A stretch of 34,373 nucleotides of DNA from Polyangia bacterium (lineage in GTDB: Bacteria > Myxococcota_A > Polyangia > Fen-1088), in the NCBI GenBank assembly GCA_035544495.1, contig DATKEU010000566.1:1-34373 (forward strand), read 5' to 3'. Within the stretch, counting starts at the first letter, position 1. Each line of letters starts with the position of its first letter. Shown piece after piece: positions 8,316-17,245 of the stretch. Both the position numbers and the translations under genes were made by a program. Below the pieces are notes generated by a model, which was given only the letters and a program-made list of their open reading frames with translations, was not told where the DNA came from and did no database searches.

Positions 8316-11129
8316 ATGACCGCGTCCGCGTCCCCACCCGCCGCCCGGCCGAGCCTCTACATCCTCGACGCGCTGAACTTCCTGTTTCGCGCCTTTCACG
8401 CGCTGCCGCCGCTCACCACGCGCAAGGGCGTCCCCACCGGCGCCGTGTACGGGCTCTGCCAGATGCTGCTGAAGATCGATCGCGAGAACCGGCCCACGCA
8501 CTGGTGCGTGGTCTTCGACGCTCCTGGCGAGAACTTCCGCAACGAGATCTACCCCGCGTACAAGGCGCACCGGCCGCCCATGCCGCCAGAGCTGGGCGTG
8601 CAGGTCGATCTCTTGCACACGGTGGTGGCCACCTTCGGCATCTCGTCGCTGTCGGTGCCGGGCGTCGAAGCCGACGACGTCATCGCCACGCTGGCCGGCC
8701 TGGCGGTGGCCGCCGACATGGAGGTGGTGATCTGCTCCTCGGACAAAGATCTCATGCAGCTCTGCTCGCCGTCGGTGTCGTTGCTGGACACCATGCGCAA
8801 CCGCCGCCTCGGCCCCGCGGAGGTCGAGGAGAAGTTCGGCGTCCCGCCCGAGAAGGTGGGCGACGTTCTGGCCTTGATGGGCGACAGCATCGACAACGTG
8901 CCCGGCGTGGACGGCATCGGCCCCAAGACCGCCTCCGAGCTCATCAACAAGTTCGGCTCGCTGACCGAGCTTCTGAATCGCGTGGGCGAGGTGAAGGGCA
9001 AGCGCGGCGAGACGCTGGCCGGGGCGCGCGACCTGGTCCTGAAATCGCGCGAGCTCGTGCGCCTGCGCGACGACGTGCCGCTGCCGAAGGCCCTGCCGGA
9101 GCTCCACCGCGTCGAGCCTGATCGCGAGAAGCTGCGCGCGCTGTTCACGGAGCTGGAGTTCACGCGCCTGCTCGATTCGCTGAACACCGGCGGCGCCCAG
9201 ACGCAGACTCTGCTCGCAGGCGCCCGGTCCGCCGTCGCCACCGACGCCACCAGAGCACCGGCGGCCGAGCCCGCGCCCGCCGCCGCTCCCGTCGTCGCGC
9301 CGGCGCCCCCGCGCCCCGCGCGCGTGATCACCGATCGCGCCGCGCTGGCCTCCCTGGTCGGCGATATCGCCGCCGCCGGCGCCGCCGGGCTGGCCGCGCT
9401 CTCCGACGGCTTCTCTGCCGTGAACGCCGACCTCGTCGGACTGGCTCTGGCGCTGCCCGACGGCGCGCGGGTGTACCTGCCGCTCTGCCACCGCTATCTC
9501 GGCGCCCCGGCGCTGATCCCGGAGGCCGAGGCGCTGGCCATGCTGCGCCCGGTCCTCGCCGACCCGGCGATCAAGAAATACGGCCACGACCTCAAGACGG
9601 TCGAGGTGCTGCTCAGCCGGCGCGGCATCCCGCTCGAAGGCCAGGCGGCCGACTCGATGATCGCCGCTTATCTCCTGGACGCCTCCCGCACGCGCTACGA
9701 CCTCGACGTGATCGCCTCCGGGGACGGCGGCGTCGCCGACGTCGCCTCGCGCCCGACCTGGCTCGGCAGCGGGCGCACCGCCCGCCGCGGCAGCGACGTC
9801 CCCGTCGAGGAAGCGGCCCGCTACCTCGCCGCCGAGGCCGCCGCCACGCTCTCTCTGGCGGCCACGCACGCGCGCCAGCTGGGCGCCGCCCGCCTCACCG
9901 ATCTCTACGCGACGATGGAGCTGCCGCTCTCCCACGCGCTGGCCCGCATCGAATGCCGGGGCATCCGCCTGGACGTCGATTACCTGCGCAGCCTCGGCAA
10001 CGAGGTCAGCGTCTCGCTGCTGGCGCTGGAGAAGGAGATTCACGGCATTGCCGGCGTCCCCTTCAACATCAACTCGAACAAGCAGCTGGCCGACGTGCTG
10101 TTCGGCCGCCTGGGTCTGCCGGTCGTCCGGAAGACGAAGACCGGCGCCTCCACCGACGCCGACACGCTGGAGGAGCTGGCGGCGTTGCACCCGGTGCCCG
10201 CCAAGATCGTCGAATACCGGATGCTGGCCAAGCTGAAAGGGACGTACATCGACGCGCTCCCCGCGCTGGTCAACCCCGTCACCGGCCGCCTGCACACGTC
10301 GTTCAACCAGGCGGTCGCCGCCACTGGCCGCCTCTCGTCGAGCGATCCGAATCTTCAGAACATCCCCATCCGCTCCGAGGTCGGCCGCCGCATCCGCCGC
10401 GCCTTCATCGCCAAACCCGGACACGTGCTGGTCTCCGCCGACTACTCGCAGATCGAGCTGCGCATCCTGGCGCACTTCTCCGAGGATCCGGCGTTCCTGG
10501 ACGCCTTCCGGTCCGGCGAGGACATCCACCTGCGCACCGCCGCCGAGGTCTTCCAGCTGCCCCGCACCTCGGTCACCGCCGAGCACCGCCGCATCGCCAA
10601 GGCCATCAACTTCGGCCTCGTCTTCGGGCAAAGCGACTTTGGCCTGGCCCAGGTGCTGCGCATCCCGCGCGCGCAGGCGCGCGCGTACATCGACAGCTAC
10701 TTTCAGCGCTACGCCGGCGTGCGTGCGTACATGGAGCACGCCATCGCCGACGCGCGCGCCACCGGCGAGGTCGGCACGCTGCTCGGCCGCCGCCGCCCGT
10801 TGCCGGAGATCCACGCCACCCGCCAGCAGGATCGCGCCTATGCCGAGCGCATCGCCCGCAACACGCCCATCCAGGGCTCGGCCGCCGACCTCCTGAAGCT
10901 GGCCATGATCAAGGTCGAGGACGCCATCGCGACGCCGGGCTCGCCCGCCGCCGACGCCGCGTTGCTCTTGACCGTCCACGACGAATTGGTCTTCGAGGTT
11001 CCGGAATTTCAGACCACCGCCTTCACCGCCTGGATCAAGGGCGTGATGGAGTCTGTTTTCCCGCTGAAAGTTCCGCTGGTTGTCGAGGTCGGCGCGGGCC
11101 CCACCTGGGCCGACGCGCACGGCGGTTAG
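8316..11129 (+). CDS. polA: DNA polymerase I
   Basis: The 5'-3' exonuclease N-terminus is present (LYILDALNFLFRAFHALPPL..., GVPGVDGIGPKTASELI). Family A polymerase motifs are present (DYSQIELRILAH, RRIAKAINFGLVFGQS, QGSAADL, TVHDELVFE). An Ala/Pro-rich linker follows the exonuclease domain. Confidence 0.97.
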   Translation: MTASASPPAARPSLYILDALNFLFRAFHALPPLTTRKGVPTGAVYGLCQMLLKIDRENRPTHWCVVFDAPGENFRNEIYPAYKAHRPPMPPELGVQVDLLHTVVATFGISSLSVPGVEADDVIATLAGLAVAADMEVVICSSDKDLMQLCSPSVSLLDTMRNRRLGPAEVEEKFGVPPEKVGDVLALMGDSIDNVPGVDGIGPKTASELINKFGSLTELLNRVGEVKGKRGETLAGARDLVLKSRELVRLRDDVPLPKALPELHRVEPDREKLRALFTELEFTRLLDSLNTGGAQTQTLLAGARSAVATDATRAPAAEPAPAAAPVVAPAPPRPARVITDRAALASLVGDIAAAGAAGLAALSDGFSAVNADLVGLALALPDGARVYLPLCHRYLGAPALIPEAEALAMLRPVLADPAIKKYGHDLKTVEVLLSRRGIPLEGQAADSMIAAYLLDASRTRYDLDVIASGDGGVADVASRPTWLGSGRTARRGSDVPVEEAARYLAAEAAATLSLAATHARQLGAARLTDLYATMELPLSHALARIECRGIRLDVDYLRSLGNEVSVSLLALEKEIHGIAGVPFNINSNKQLADVLFGRLGLPVVRKTKTGASTDADTLEELAALHPVPAKIVEYRMLAKLKGTYIDALPALVNPVTGRLHTSFNQAVAATGRLSSSDPNLQNIPIRSEVGRRIRRAFIAKPGHVLVSADYSQIELRILAHFSEDPAFLDAFRSGEDIHLRTAAEVFQLPRTSVTAEHRRIAKAINFGLVFGQSDFGLAQVLRIPRAQARAYIDSYFQRYAGVRAYMEHAIADARATGEVGTLLGRRRPLPEIHATRQQDRAYAERIARNTPIQGSAADLLKLAMIKVEDAIATPGSPAADAALLLTVHDELVFEVPEFQTTAFTAWIKGVMESVFPLKVPLVVEVGAGPTWADAHGG

Positions 11130-11185
11130 GCGCGACAAAAGTTCCTGGGAGCGCGCGAATTTGTGGGTATGATGAAGCGCTTTTC

Positions 11186-12592
11186 ATGCGCCGCCGCGTT
11201 CCGCTCATGACGCTGTGCTCGGCACTCGCGATGCTGGCGCTTGGCCCCGGGTGCCGCCGGATTGCCGACCGGCCGCGGGCGTCGCTGGCGCCGCCTGTTC
11301 AGCCTGCGCCCGCGACACCGTCGGGCGTCGTGCCGTCGGTCGCCTTATCCCCACCGCCGGCCGGCGTGGAAGCGATGAGCGAGGCCGCGCCCGACGGCAA
11401 ATCCAGCCACGAGACGCCGCCTCGCCCCCTGCACCGCTGCTTCCCCGACCGCCCGTCGTGGATCGACGCCCCGGTGGCGGATCTTCTCGACCGGGCTGGC
11501 GAGCTGTTCGACGCCTCGGACTTCGACGGCGCGCTGGCCTGCGCCGAGGAGGCGGCCCGCCAGGCCCCGCGCTCCGTCGAGGCGCACCACAATCGCGCCG
11601 TGGCCTTCATGCACCTGGATCGTCTGGACGACGCGCGCGACGCCATGGCGCTGGCCCTGGCGCTGAACCCCCTCGATCCGGAGACCCTCGAGGCGGCCGC
11701 CGACCTGAACATCAACCAGCTGCCGCCATCGGCCGATCGCTCCGCCATTGGCCTCGAGTACGCCCGTCGCGGCAGCCGGCACGTTAGCCGCCGCGACCCC
11801 GACCGGGCGGCGCGCCTCGCGCTGCTGGAAGGGCAGGCGCTGATCGATCTCGGCCGCGCCGCGGAGGCCCTGCGGCGAATCGACGCCGCGCTGGCCGTGA
11901 CGCCCAAGCTGGCCGCCGCGCAGTACGAGCGCGGCGTGGCCCTGTTCGAGCTGTGCCGCTTCGCCGAGGCCCAGCGCATGTTCGAGAAGGTGCTGGTCTC
12001 GTCCCCCGAGCACAGCCACGCGCTCTATCACCTCGGGCTCATCGCCGAGCGCATGGGCGACGACGCCGAGGCTGTGCACCGCCTGTCGGAGGCGCACGCC
12101 CAGGACCCGAAGGCGTTTCCGCAGCCCCCCGACGTCTCGGCGACCGACTTCGCCGAACGGGTTCGCAGGGCGGTGGCCGCGCTGCCGGCCGAGGTGCAAG
12201 GCGATCTGGCGCAGATCCAGGTGCAGACCGCCGATATTCCGCTGCTGGAGGACCTGATCGCCGAGCGCCCGCCGCTGTCGCCGACGATCCTGGGCCTGTT
12301 CCGCGGCCTGCCGCTCGGCTGGTCGGACGAAGAGCCGCGCGTCGTCCAGGCCGTGCGCGCCGGCAACAGCCGCCGCGCGCCCGCGCAGAGCCCGCCGGAG
12401 GCGACACCCGATCGCGATGGCGCCCACTGCGCGGTGCCGGAACGGGCGGTGGTGCTCTACCGGCGCAACCTCCTGCGGACGGTGCACGACTCCGCCGAGC
12501 TGGATCAGGCCATCACCCGCACGCTGCTTCACGAGGCGGGGCACCTGCGCGGCGAAGATGACGGATCGCTTCGCGATCGAGGACTCGAATGA
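11186..12592 (+). CDS. Lipoprotein with TPR repeats and a C-terminal minimal zincin (HEXXH) metallopeptidase domain
   Basis: The real start is ATG 11186, inside the listed 9953..12592 ORF whose 5' part overlaps polA in another frame. Signal/lipobox MRRRVPLMTLCSALAMLALGPGC. TPR-like helices are present (ALACAEEAARQAPRSVEAHHNRAVAFMHLDRLDDA...). The C-terminus AVVLYRRNLLRTVHDSAELDQAITRTLLHEAGHLRGEDD matches the small Zincin_1/DUF1025-type family pattern (from memory). Confidence 0.75.
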   Translation: MRRRVPLMTLCSALAMLALGPGCRRIADRPRASLAPPVQPAPATPSGVVPSVALSPPPAGVEAMSEAAPDGKSSHETPPRPLHRCFPDRPSWIDAPVADLLDRAGELFDASDFDGALACAEEAARQAPRSVEAHHNRAVAFMHLDRLDDARDAMALALALNPLDPETLEAAADLNINQLPPSADRSAIGLEYARRGSRHVSRRDPDRAARLALLEGQALIDLGRAAEALRRIDAALAVTPKLAAAQYERGVALFELCRFAEAQRMFEKVLVSSPEHSHALYHLGLIAERMGDDAEAVHRLSEAHAQDPKAFPQPPDVSATDFAERVRRAVAALPAEVQGDLAQIQVQTADIPLLEDLIAERPPLSPTILGLFRGLPLGWSDEEPRVVQAVRAGNSRRAPAQSPPEATPDRDGAHCAVPERAVVLYRRNLLRTVHDSAELDQAITRTLLHEAGHLRGEDDGSLRDRGLE

Positions 12593-13230
12593 CCGAACCC
12601 CGCGTTGCAACGCTCACGCATTCGCTCCGGCGCTCGCTGTCGCTGTTCACGGTGGTGGCGGTGCCGCTGATCCTGGGGGCGCTGGCGGGCCACGCGCGCG
12701 CCGCCGCACCCGACGACGAGGCCGAGTCGGAGGCGCGCCGGCGTTTTCGGCGCGGCACCAAGCTGTTCGATGACGGCAAGTTCCGCGAAGCCGCCCACGA
12801 GTTCGAATCGGGCTACGCCGTCCTGCCGCGCACCGGGTTCCTGATGAACATCGCGCACAGCTACCGCCGCGCCGGCGACCTCAAGAAGGCCAAGCGCTAC
12901 TACGAGCTGTTCCTGCAGCGCGAGACCGAGTCGCCCCTGCAGCGGGCCGAAGCCACCGAGTACATCAAGATCGTCGACGAGGCCCTGGCCGAGCAGTCCA
13001 GCGACGAGCCGCCAGCGATCGCGCCCACGCAGCAGCCGACCACGAAGGAAAAGCTGGCGCCGCGGCGGCCCGATCCGATGGGGCCCCTGTCGATCTCGAA
13101 CGCGGAGCTGGAGAAGCTCTGTCGCGCGCAACCCGAGAGCACGCCTGTCGTGCCCTGGGTGGTCGCCGGGCTGGCCGCCGTCATCGCGGCGGGCCTGGCC
13201 GCCGCGCTGATCATCACCAACATGAAATAG
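12589..13230 (+). CDS. Hypothetical TPR-like protein with a signal/anchor and a C-terminal transmembrane helix
   Basis: The ATG overlaps the upstream stop (ATGA). N-terminal hydrophobic segment LSLFTVVAVPLILGALAG. One clear TPR-like unit (FDDGKFREAAHEFESGYAVLPRTGFLMNIAHSYRRAGDLKKAKRYYELFL). C-terminal TM helix VVPWVVAGLAAVIAAGLAAALII. Confidence 0.55.
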   Translation: MTEPRVATLTHSLRRSLSLFTVVAVPLILGALAGHARAAAPDDEAESEARRRFRRGTKLFDDGKFREAAHEFESGYAVLPRTGFLMNIAHSYRRAGDLKKAKRYYELFLQRETESPLQRAEATEYIKIVDEALAEQSSDEPPAIAPTQQPTTKEKLAPRRPDPMGPLSISNAELEKLCRAQPESTPVVPWVVAGLAAVIAAGLAAALIITNMK

Positions 13231-13236
13231 AGCGCC

Positions 13237-13251
13237 CGCGCCCTCGGCGCG
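13237..13251. terminator. Short GC hairpin between convergent genes (possible bidirectional terminator, no U-tract)
   Basis: CGCGCC-ctc-GGCGCG gives a 6-bp stem. It lies between the stop at 13230 (+) and the stop at 13264 (-). Confidence 0.2.
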
Positions 13252-13263
13252 ACGGCGCGACCG

Positions 13264-14055
13264 CTACTTCTTCTTGTGCGCGGGGGCGCCACCCTCGGGC
13301 AGCTTGGCGTCGATGCGGGCGCCGCCCACCTTCTCGGCGGCCTTGCCCTCCAGCTTGATGTCCTGCGCCTCCGGCGGAAGGATCGAGTTCCCCTCGGTCA
13401 CGACCTTCCCGCTGCCGTCCTGGAGCTTCTTGTGAATGATGAGGCCGTCCGATGCGGCGAAGCCGCCGATCGAGTTGATCGCGAACGTACCCGTGACGAC
13501 GTAGGGATCGCCGGCCTTGGCGACCAGGGCCTTCGGCTTGCCGGTCTTCCAGTCCTTGACGGGGTAATCCGCGACCAGAAGGCCGTGATCCAGCTTCGTC
13601 GTCGGCGTGTCACCGAGGAAGAAGTGCGGCTGGTCGCACGGGCGGCACCCGCCCTTCAGCTGCTCGGCGGCCTGCTGCGCGGCCGTCTTGGGCGGCGCGC
13701 TCCCTTTCCCCTCCTTGGCCTCCTTGCGCTTTTCCTTCTTCGTCTTCGCGGCCAGCTCGTCGTTGCACTTGCGCAGCTCCGCCGGGCACTCGTACACCTG
13801 CAACATGTAAGCTTTCACTTGAACATCCTTGTCCAAGTATTTGTCCATGTGCTTGCGCAGTCCGTAGATCGACAGCTCGCCTGACGGATACTGCTCGGGC
13901 GCAGTCTGGATGTTGAAGTTGGGCGAAGGGGGCAGATCGACTTTCACCGGCGGCAACGCGGTTCCCTGGGCCAGGGCCGGGCGGCCCGCGAGAGGTCCCA
14001 GCAGCGCCAATGCCAGGGGCACCGTCAAGTGATATACGGACGGAAGTCGCATCAT
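13264..14055 (-). CDS. Secreted hypothetical protein, Lys-rich with two Cys pairs (263 aa)
   Basis: The real start is ATGATG at 14055, inside the listed 620-aa ORF. A strong SD (GGAGGAGAGG) lies 5 nt upstream. Signal peptide MMRLPSVYHLTVPLALALLGPLAGRPALAQG. Motifs CPAELRKC and CRPC flank a KKEKRKEAKEGKG linker. I recognise no family. Confidence 0.6.
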   Translation of the reverse strand: MMRLPSVYHLTVPLALALLGPLAGRPALAQGTALPPVKVDLPPSPNFNIQTAPEQYPSGELSIYGLRKHMDKYLDKDVQVKAYMLQVYECPAELRKCNDELAAKTKKEKRKEAKEGKGSAPPKTAAQQAAEQLKGGCRPCDQPHFFLGDTPTTKLDHGLLVADYPVKDWKTGKPKALVAKAGDPYVVTGTFAINSIGGFAASDGLIIHKKLQDGSGKVVTEGNSILPPEAQDIKLEGKAAEKVGGARIDAKLPEGGAPAHKKK

Positions 14056-14089
14056 GAAACCTCTCCTCCGGAAAGCGTGGGGTACGGCC

Positions 14090-14118
14090 TGAATAACACG
14101 AGCATTTTGGGCCGGCAA
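14090..14118 (-). promoter_or_regulatory. Candidate sigma70-type promoter for the 13264..14055 gene
   Basis: The minus strand reads TTGCCG-N17-TATTCA, about 35 nt upstream of the ATG at 14055. It sits in the divergent intergenic region. Confidence 0.3.
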
Positions 14119-14160
14119 GCATCCGTTTGGCGGACGCCGCGCCAGCCCCGTCGGTGGGCT

Positions 14161-15828
14161 GTGCTGGCGTCGCTGCTCGCGACCACCGGGACCGGCGCTT
14201 GCCGCCGCGGCCACCACGCCCGCGCTCCGGAGACGTCCGCGGCGAATGCGAATGCCGGCGCGCCGGCTGACAGAGCGGCAGGCGGCCACAAGCCGGCGCT
14301 CGAAGCCGCGTCCTTGCCCTTGCCCGAGGCGGTCGCGCCGCCCCCCGCCGATCGCGCCGGCGGCACGCTGCGCGTCCATCTGGACGCCGAACCGGCCCAC
14401 CTGCACCCGCTCAACGATCCCGACGCGGGGGCGCTGATGGTGGTCAGCGGGCTCGTCTACCAGACGCTGATTCGCTGCGAGGGCGATGGCTACCGGCCGG
14501 GTCTGGCCGAGAGCTGGGAGACGTCGGCCGACGGCCTGCGCATCACGCTGCACCTGCGCGCTGGCGTGCGCTGGCACGATCACCACGGCTTCGGCGTGCT
14601 GGACGCGCAGGCGACGCTGGAGCCGCTCCTGCTCCACGGCCCCCAGATGCCGCTCGTGCGCGCCGACCTGGTTGACGTCGCCAGCGTCGAGATCGCCAGC
14701 GATCGGATCGTGCGCATGAACCTCAAGCGCCCGTCCGATCTGGCGCTGCGCGCGCTGTGCGACGTGCCGATGCTGCCGAGCCATCTGATCCGCGACGTGC
14801 GCCCCGACGCCGCGCCCATCGCGCGCCAGCCCGTCGGCACCGGCCCCTATCGCTTCGTCTCCTGGGAGCGGGGCAAGCGCATCCGCCTGGCCCGCGCCGC
14901 CGACAGCTGGGAGCCGGGTGGCGGGCCCGACGAGATCGTCTTCGAGATCGAGCCCGACGCCGTGCGCGCGCTGAACCGGACGCGCCGGGGTGATCTCGAC
15001 GTCCTGCCGCGCCTTCTCGACGTCCACTATCCGGATCAGGTCGAACCGGCCACGCTGCACGAGACCACGACGCTGGTGCGGGTGGCGCCCGATCGCTATT
15101 CGTTCCTGGTGGCGAACCACCGCCACTATCCGCTCGGCGACGCGCGCTTTCGGCGGGCGCTGGCCATGCTGTGGGACCGCGATCGCTTCGCGCGCGAGCT
15201 ACACAGAGATCTCGCGCGTCCCATCGGCGGGCCCACCTTTGGCCAGGCCGAGTCGGCCGCTGCGCCGCTGCCGTACGATCGCGCGCAGGCGGTGTCGCTG
15301 CTGGACGCCGCCGGCTACCGCGACAGCGACGCCGACGGCGTGCGCGATCACGACGGCCAGGCGATCCGGCTCGCGTTGCTGCAGCCCGCGGGGGCGCGCA
15401 CGCTGCCTCTCGAGGCGCGCGCCTTCGCGCTGGAGGCGCGCAAGGCCGGCATCCTGATCGACGTCGTCGCCGTCGACGGTCCGACGCTGCTGGCCCGACT
15501 GAAGCGCGGCGAGTTCGATCTCGCCCCGATGGTGTGGGAGGGGAGGGCGGATGAAGATCCGGCGCCGCTCTTCGGCGCCGGCGGCGGCTTCAACTTCGGC
15601 GGCTATCGCTCGACCGCCCTCGACGGGCTGCTGGAGTCGCTTCGCGCCGCGCCGGGGCCGGCGGCGCGGCGGCCGGTGCTGACGCAGATCGCGGCGCTGC
15701 TGGCCGCCGATCAGCCGGTGATCTTTCTCTACCGGCACGACGTCGCGCTGCTGGTCTCGACCCGTGTTCACGGGCTCGGCGCCGTCGGCGACCAGCTGGA
15801 TTTCCGGCGCGTGTGGCTGTCGCCGTGA
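14161..15828 (+). CDS. ABC-transporter family-5 (peptide/nickel type) solute-binding protein, probable lipoprotein
   Basis: GTLRVHLDAEPAHLHPLND...GLVYQTLIRCEGDGYRPGLAESWETSADGLRITLHLRAGVRWHD is the classic SBP_bac_5 N-terminal pattern. I prefer GTG 14161 (VLASLLATTGTGAC) as the start because the listed start 14029 would overlap the divergent gene. The start is uncertain. Confidence 0.8.
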   Translation: MLASLLATTGTGACRRGHHARAPETSAANANAGAPADRAAGGHKPALEAASLPLPEAVAPPPADRAGGTLRVHLDAEPAHLHPLNDPDAGALMVVSGLVYQTLIRCEGDGYRPGLAESWETSADGLRITLHLRAGVRWHDHHGFGVLDAQATLEPLLLHGPQMPLVRADLVDVASVEIASDRIVRMNLKRPSDLALRALCDVPMLPSHLIRDVRPDAAPIARQPVGTGPYRFVSWERGKRIRLARAADSWEPGGGPDEIVFEIEPDAVRALNRTRRGDLDVLPRLLDVHYPDQVEPATLHETTTLVRVAPDRYSFLVANHRHYPLGDARFRRALAMLWDRDRFARELHRDLARPIGGPTFGQAESAAAPLPYDRAQAVSLLDAAGYRDSDADGVRDHDGQAIRLALLQPAGARTLPLEARAFALEARKAGILIDVVAVDGPTLLARLKRGEFDLAPMVWEGRADEDPAPLFGAGGGFNFGGYRSTALDGLLESLRAAPGPAARRPVLTQIAALLAADQPVIFLYRHDVALLVSTRVHGLGAVGDQLDFRRVWLSP

Positions 15829-16940
15829 GCGCGGGCCTGGTCGCGGCGGCGCTGTGGTGTGCCGCCGGCGGCGGGGCGCCGCCGGCCTCCGCCTGTTTTC
15901 CGCGCGACGCCGCCCCCGGGCCGGGGCTCGCCGACCCGTTTCGCGCCCCCGATCCCCGAGCGGCCGCGCTGAACGCCGACGCCAAGGCGCCTTACCGGCG
16001 GGGCGACTGGAACCAGGCGCGCCGGCTGTATCAGCAGGCGCTGTCCATCGACCCCGATTTTCTCGCCCCCCGACTGAACATCGCCTGCGCGCTGGTGCGG
16101 CAAGAACGCTTCGCCGAGGCAGCGGCCGAGGCGGCGCGACTGGTCGAGGCGGCCTATGTTCCGTGGGCGCGCGAGCTCGACGAGGCCGCCGACATGGGCG
16201 CGCTGAAGGTTCGGCCCGAGATGAGCACGGTGCGAGCGGCGCTGGCGGACGGCGGCCGCCGCTGGAGCGCCGGACTCTCCGACGATCTGCTGTTCGTCGC
16301 GCGCCTGCACGCCCCGCTGCGCATCCCCGAGAGCGGCGCCGGGGTGTTCGTGCTGGGGCCGCGGCAGGAGATCTTCGCCTGGACGCCGGCCACGAACCGC
16401 TATCGCCAGGTCACCAGCACCGACGGCCGGGTGCTGGGAATGCTGCAGTCACGCGACCGCCGCCACCTCCTGTACGTCACCGCCGAGAAGCTGGTGCGCG
16501 GCGACGGCGGCGCGCCGCCCGCCCTGCGCGGCGTCGTCCTGCACCGCCTCGATCTTTCGGCGCTGGCAGAGGCCGCGCCGATCGCGCTGCCCGGCGACGT
16601 CACCCGGCTGCAGCTGCACGCGGGACCGGCGGCGACCTTCCGGTTGCGCGTCGCGGGCGATCGCGCGGCGGGCTCGTTCGCGCTCGGCGCTGGCGCCGCC
16701 GCGCTGACACCCGCGGCGCCCCCGCCGGCGCGCGATCGCGAGTCGATCGTCGTGTCGTCCGCGGGCGCCGTCGGACCAGGGCAGGTCACGCTGGCAGGCG
16801 TATGCCCTCTGCGCGCGCGGGACGTTCACCCGATTGAGAAGGGCAAGTCTCCAGCGGTCGAAATACTCGCCCGTGGAGGAAAGCCGTTCCTCCTTTCGCC
16901 CGCGCTGGGCGCGGGCCTCTCGGGCTTGCCGATGTTCTGA
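15813..16940 (+). CDS. Hypothetical secreted protein with an N-terminal TPR-like unit and a possible beta-propeller-like C-terminal part
   Basis: The start is GTG at 15813, or GTG at 15825 overlapping the SBP stop (GTGA). Signal-like N-terminus AGLVAAALWCAAGG. TPR-like segment YRRGDWNQARRLYQQALSIDPDFLAPRLNIACALVRQERFAEA. A later segment (IFAWTPATNRYRQVTSTDGRVLGMLQSRDRRHLLYV) is reminiscent of PD40/TolB-type repeats. Confidence 0.55.
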   Translation: MAVAVSAGLVAAALWCAAGGGAPPASACFPRDAAPGPGLADPFRAPDPRAAALNADAKAPYRRGDWNQARRLYQQALSIDPDFLAPRLNIACALVRQERFAEAAAEAARLVEAAYVPWARELDEAADMGALKVRPEMSTVRAALADGGRRWSAGLSDDLLFVARLHAPLRIPESGAGVFVLGPRQEIFAWTPATNRYRQVTSTDGRVLGMLQSRDRRHLLYVTAEKLVRGDGGAPPALRGVVLHRLDLSALAEAAPIALPGDVTRLQLHAGPAATFRLRVAGDRAAGSFALGAGAAALTPAAPPPARDRESIVVSSAGAVGPGQVTLAGVCPLRARDVHPIEKGKSPAVEILARGGKPFLLSPALGAGLSGLPMF

Positions 16941-16979
16941 ACCGTGGCCACTGTGGCTACAGAATAAAGCGGTACTTTT

Positions 16980-17008
16980 TTGGTGGTTTCATCTGGGTGG
17001 GATAAAGT
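16980..17008 (+). promoter_or_regulatory. Candidate sigma70-type promoter in an AT-rich island, positioned for a leaderless transcript
   Basis: TTGGTG-N17-TAAAGT, with the -10 hexamer ending 6 nt before ATG 17015. There is no SD. The surrounding ~70 bp (agaataaagcggtactttttttggtggtttcatc...) is conspicuously AT-rich for this window. Confidence 0.3.
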
Positions 17009-17014
17009 GTTCCG

Positions 17015-17245
17015 ATGTCGGTAATTTTGAAGGCTCGGTTCCTTTGGGTGCTGCCGCTGGCGGTGGTTGGTTCGTGGCTGGCGGTCCGGACGCTCGCCGC
17101 CTCGACGATGACCCGAGCCACCCAGGCGCCACCCGCGCTGGTCGTCGCCACGGACGTTGCCCTGGAAGGCCCGGTCGCCGGCGTACAAGACGCCGCGCTG
17201 TCCAGGTACATCGCAACCCTGGCCGCGCGGGCACGACGGCCGTAA
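17015..17245 (+). CDS. Small hypothetical protein with a signal-like N-terminus (76 aa)
   Basis: ATG start. Hydrophobic N-terminus FLWVLPLAVVGSWLAVRTLAA. G/C-rich third positions are consistent with coding. The TAA stop lies 2 nt before the GTG of the downstream epimerase, which suggests coupling. No recognisable family. Confidence 0.4.
   Translation: MSVILKARFLWVLPLAVVGSWLAVRTLAASTMTRATQAPPALVVATDVALEGPVAGVQDAALSRYIATLAARARRP

Noticed and set aside
8250..11138. 962-aa antisense ORF covering all of polA, and the 5' part (9953..11185) of the listed 879-aa plus-strand ORF
   Set aside because: polA motifs unambiguously define the coding frame. The antisense and shifted frames give Arg/Gly/Asp/Ala-rich nonsense. 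The real downstream gene begins at ATG 11186 with a lipoprotein signal.
14056..15126. Upstream two-thirds of the listed 620-aa minus ORF 13264..15126
   Set aside because: It is antisense to the well-supported SBP gene. The strong SD plus ATGATG and the signal peptide at 14055 define the real start.
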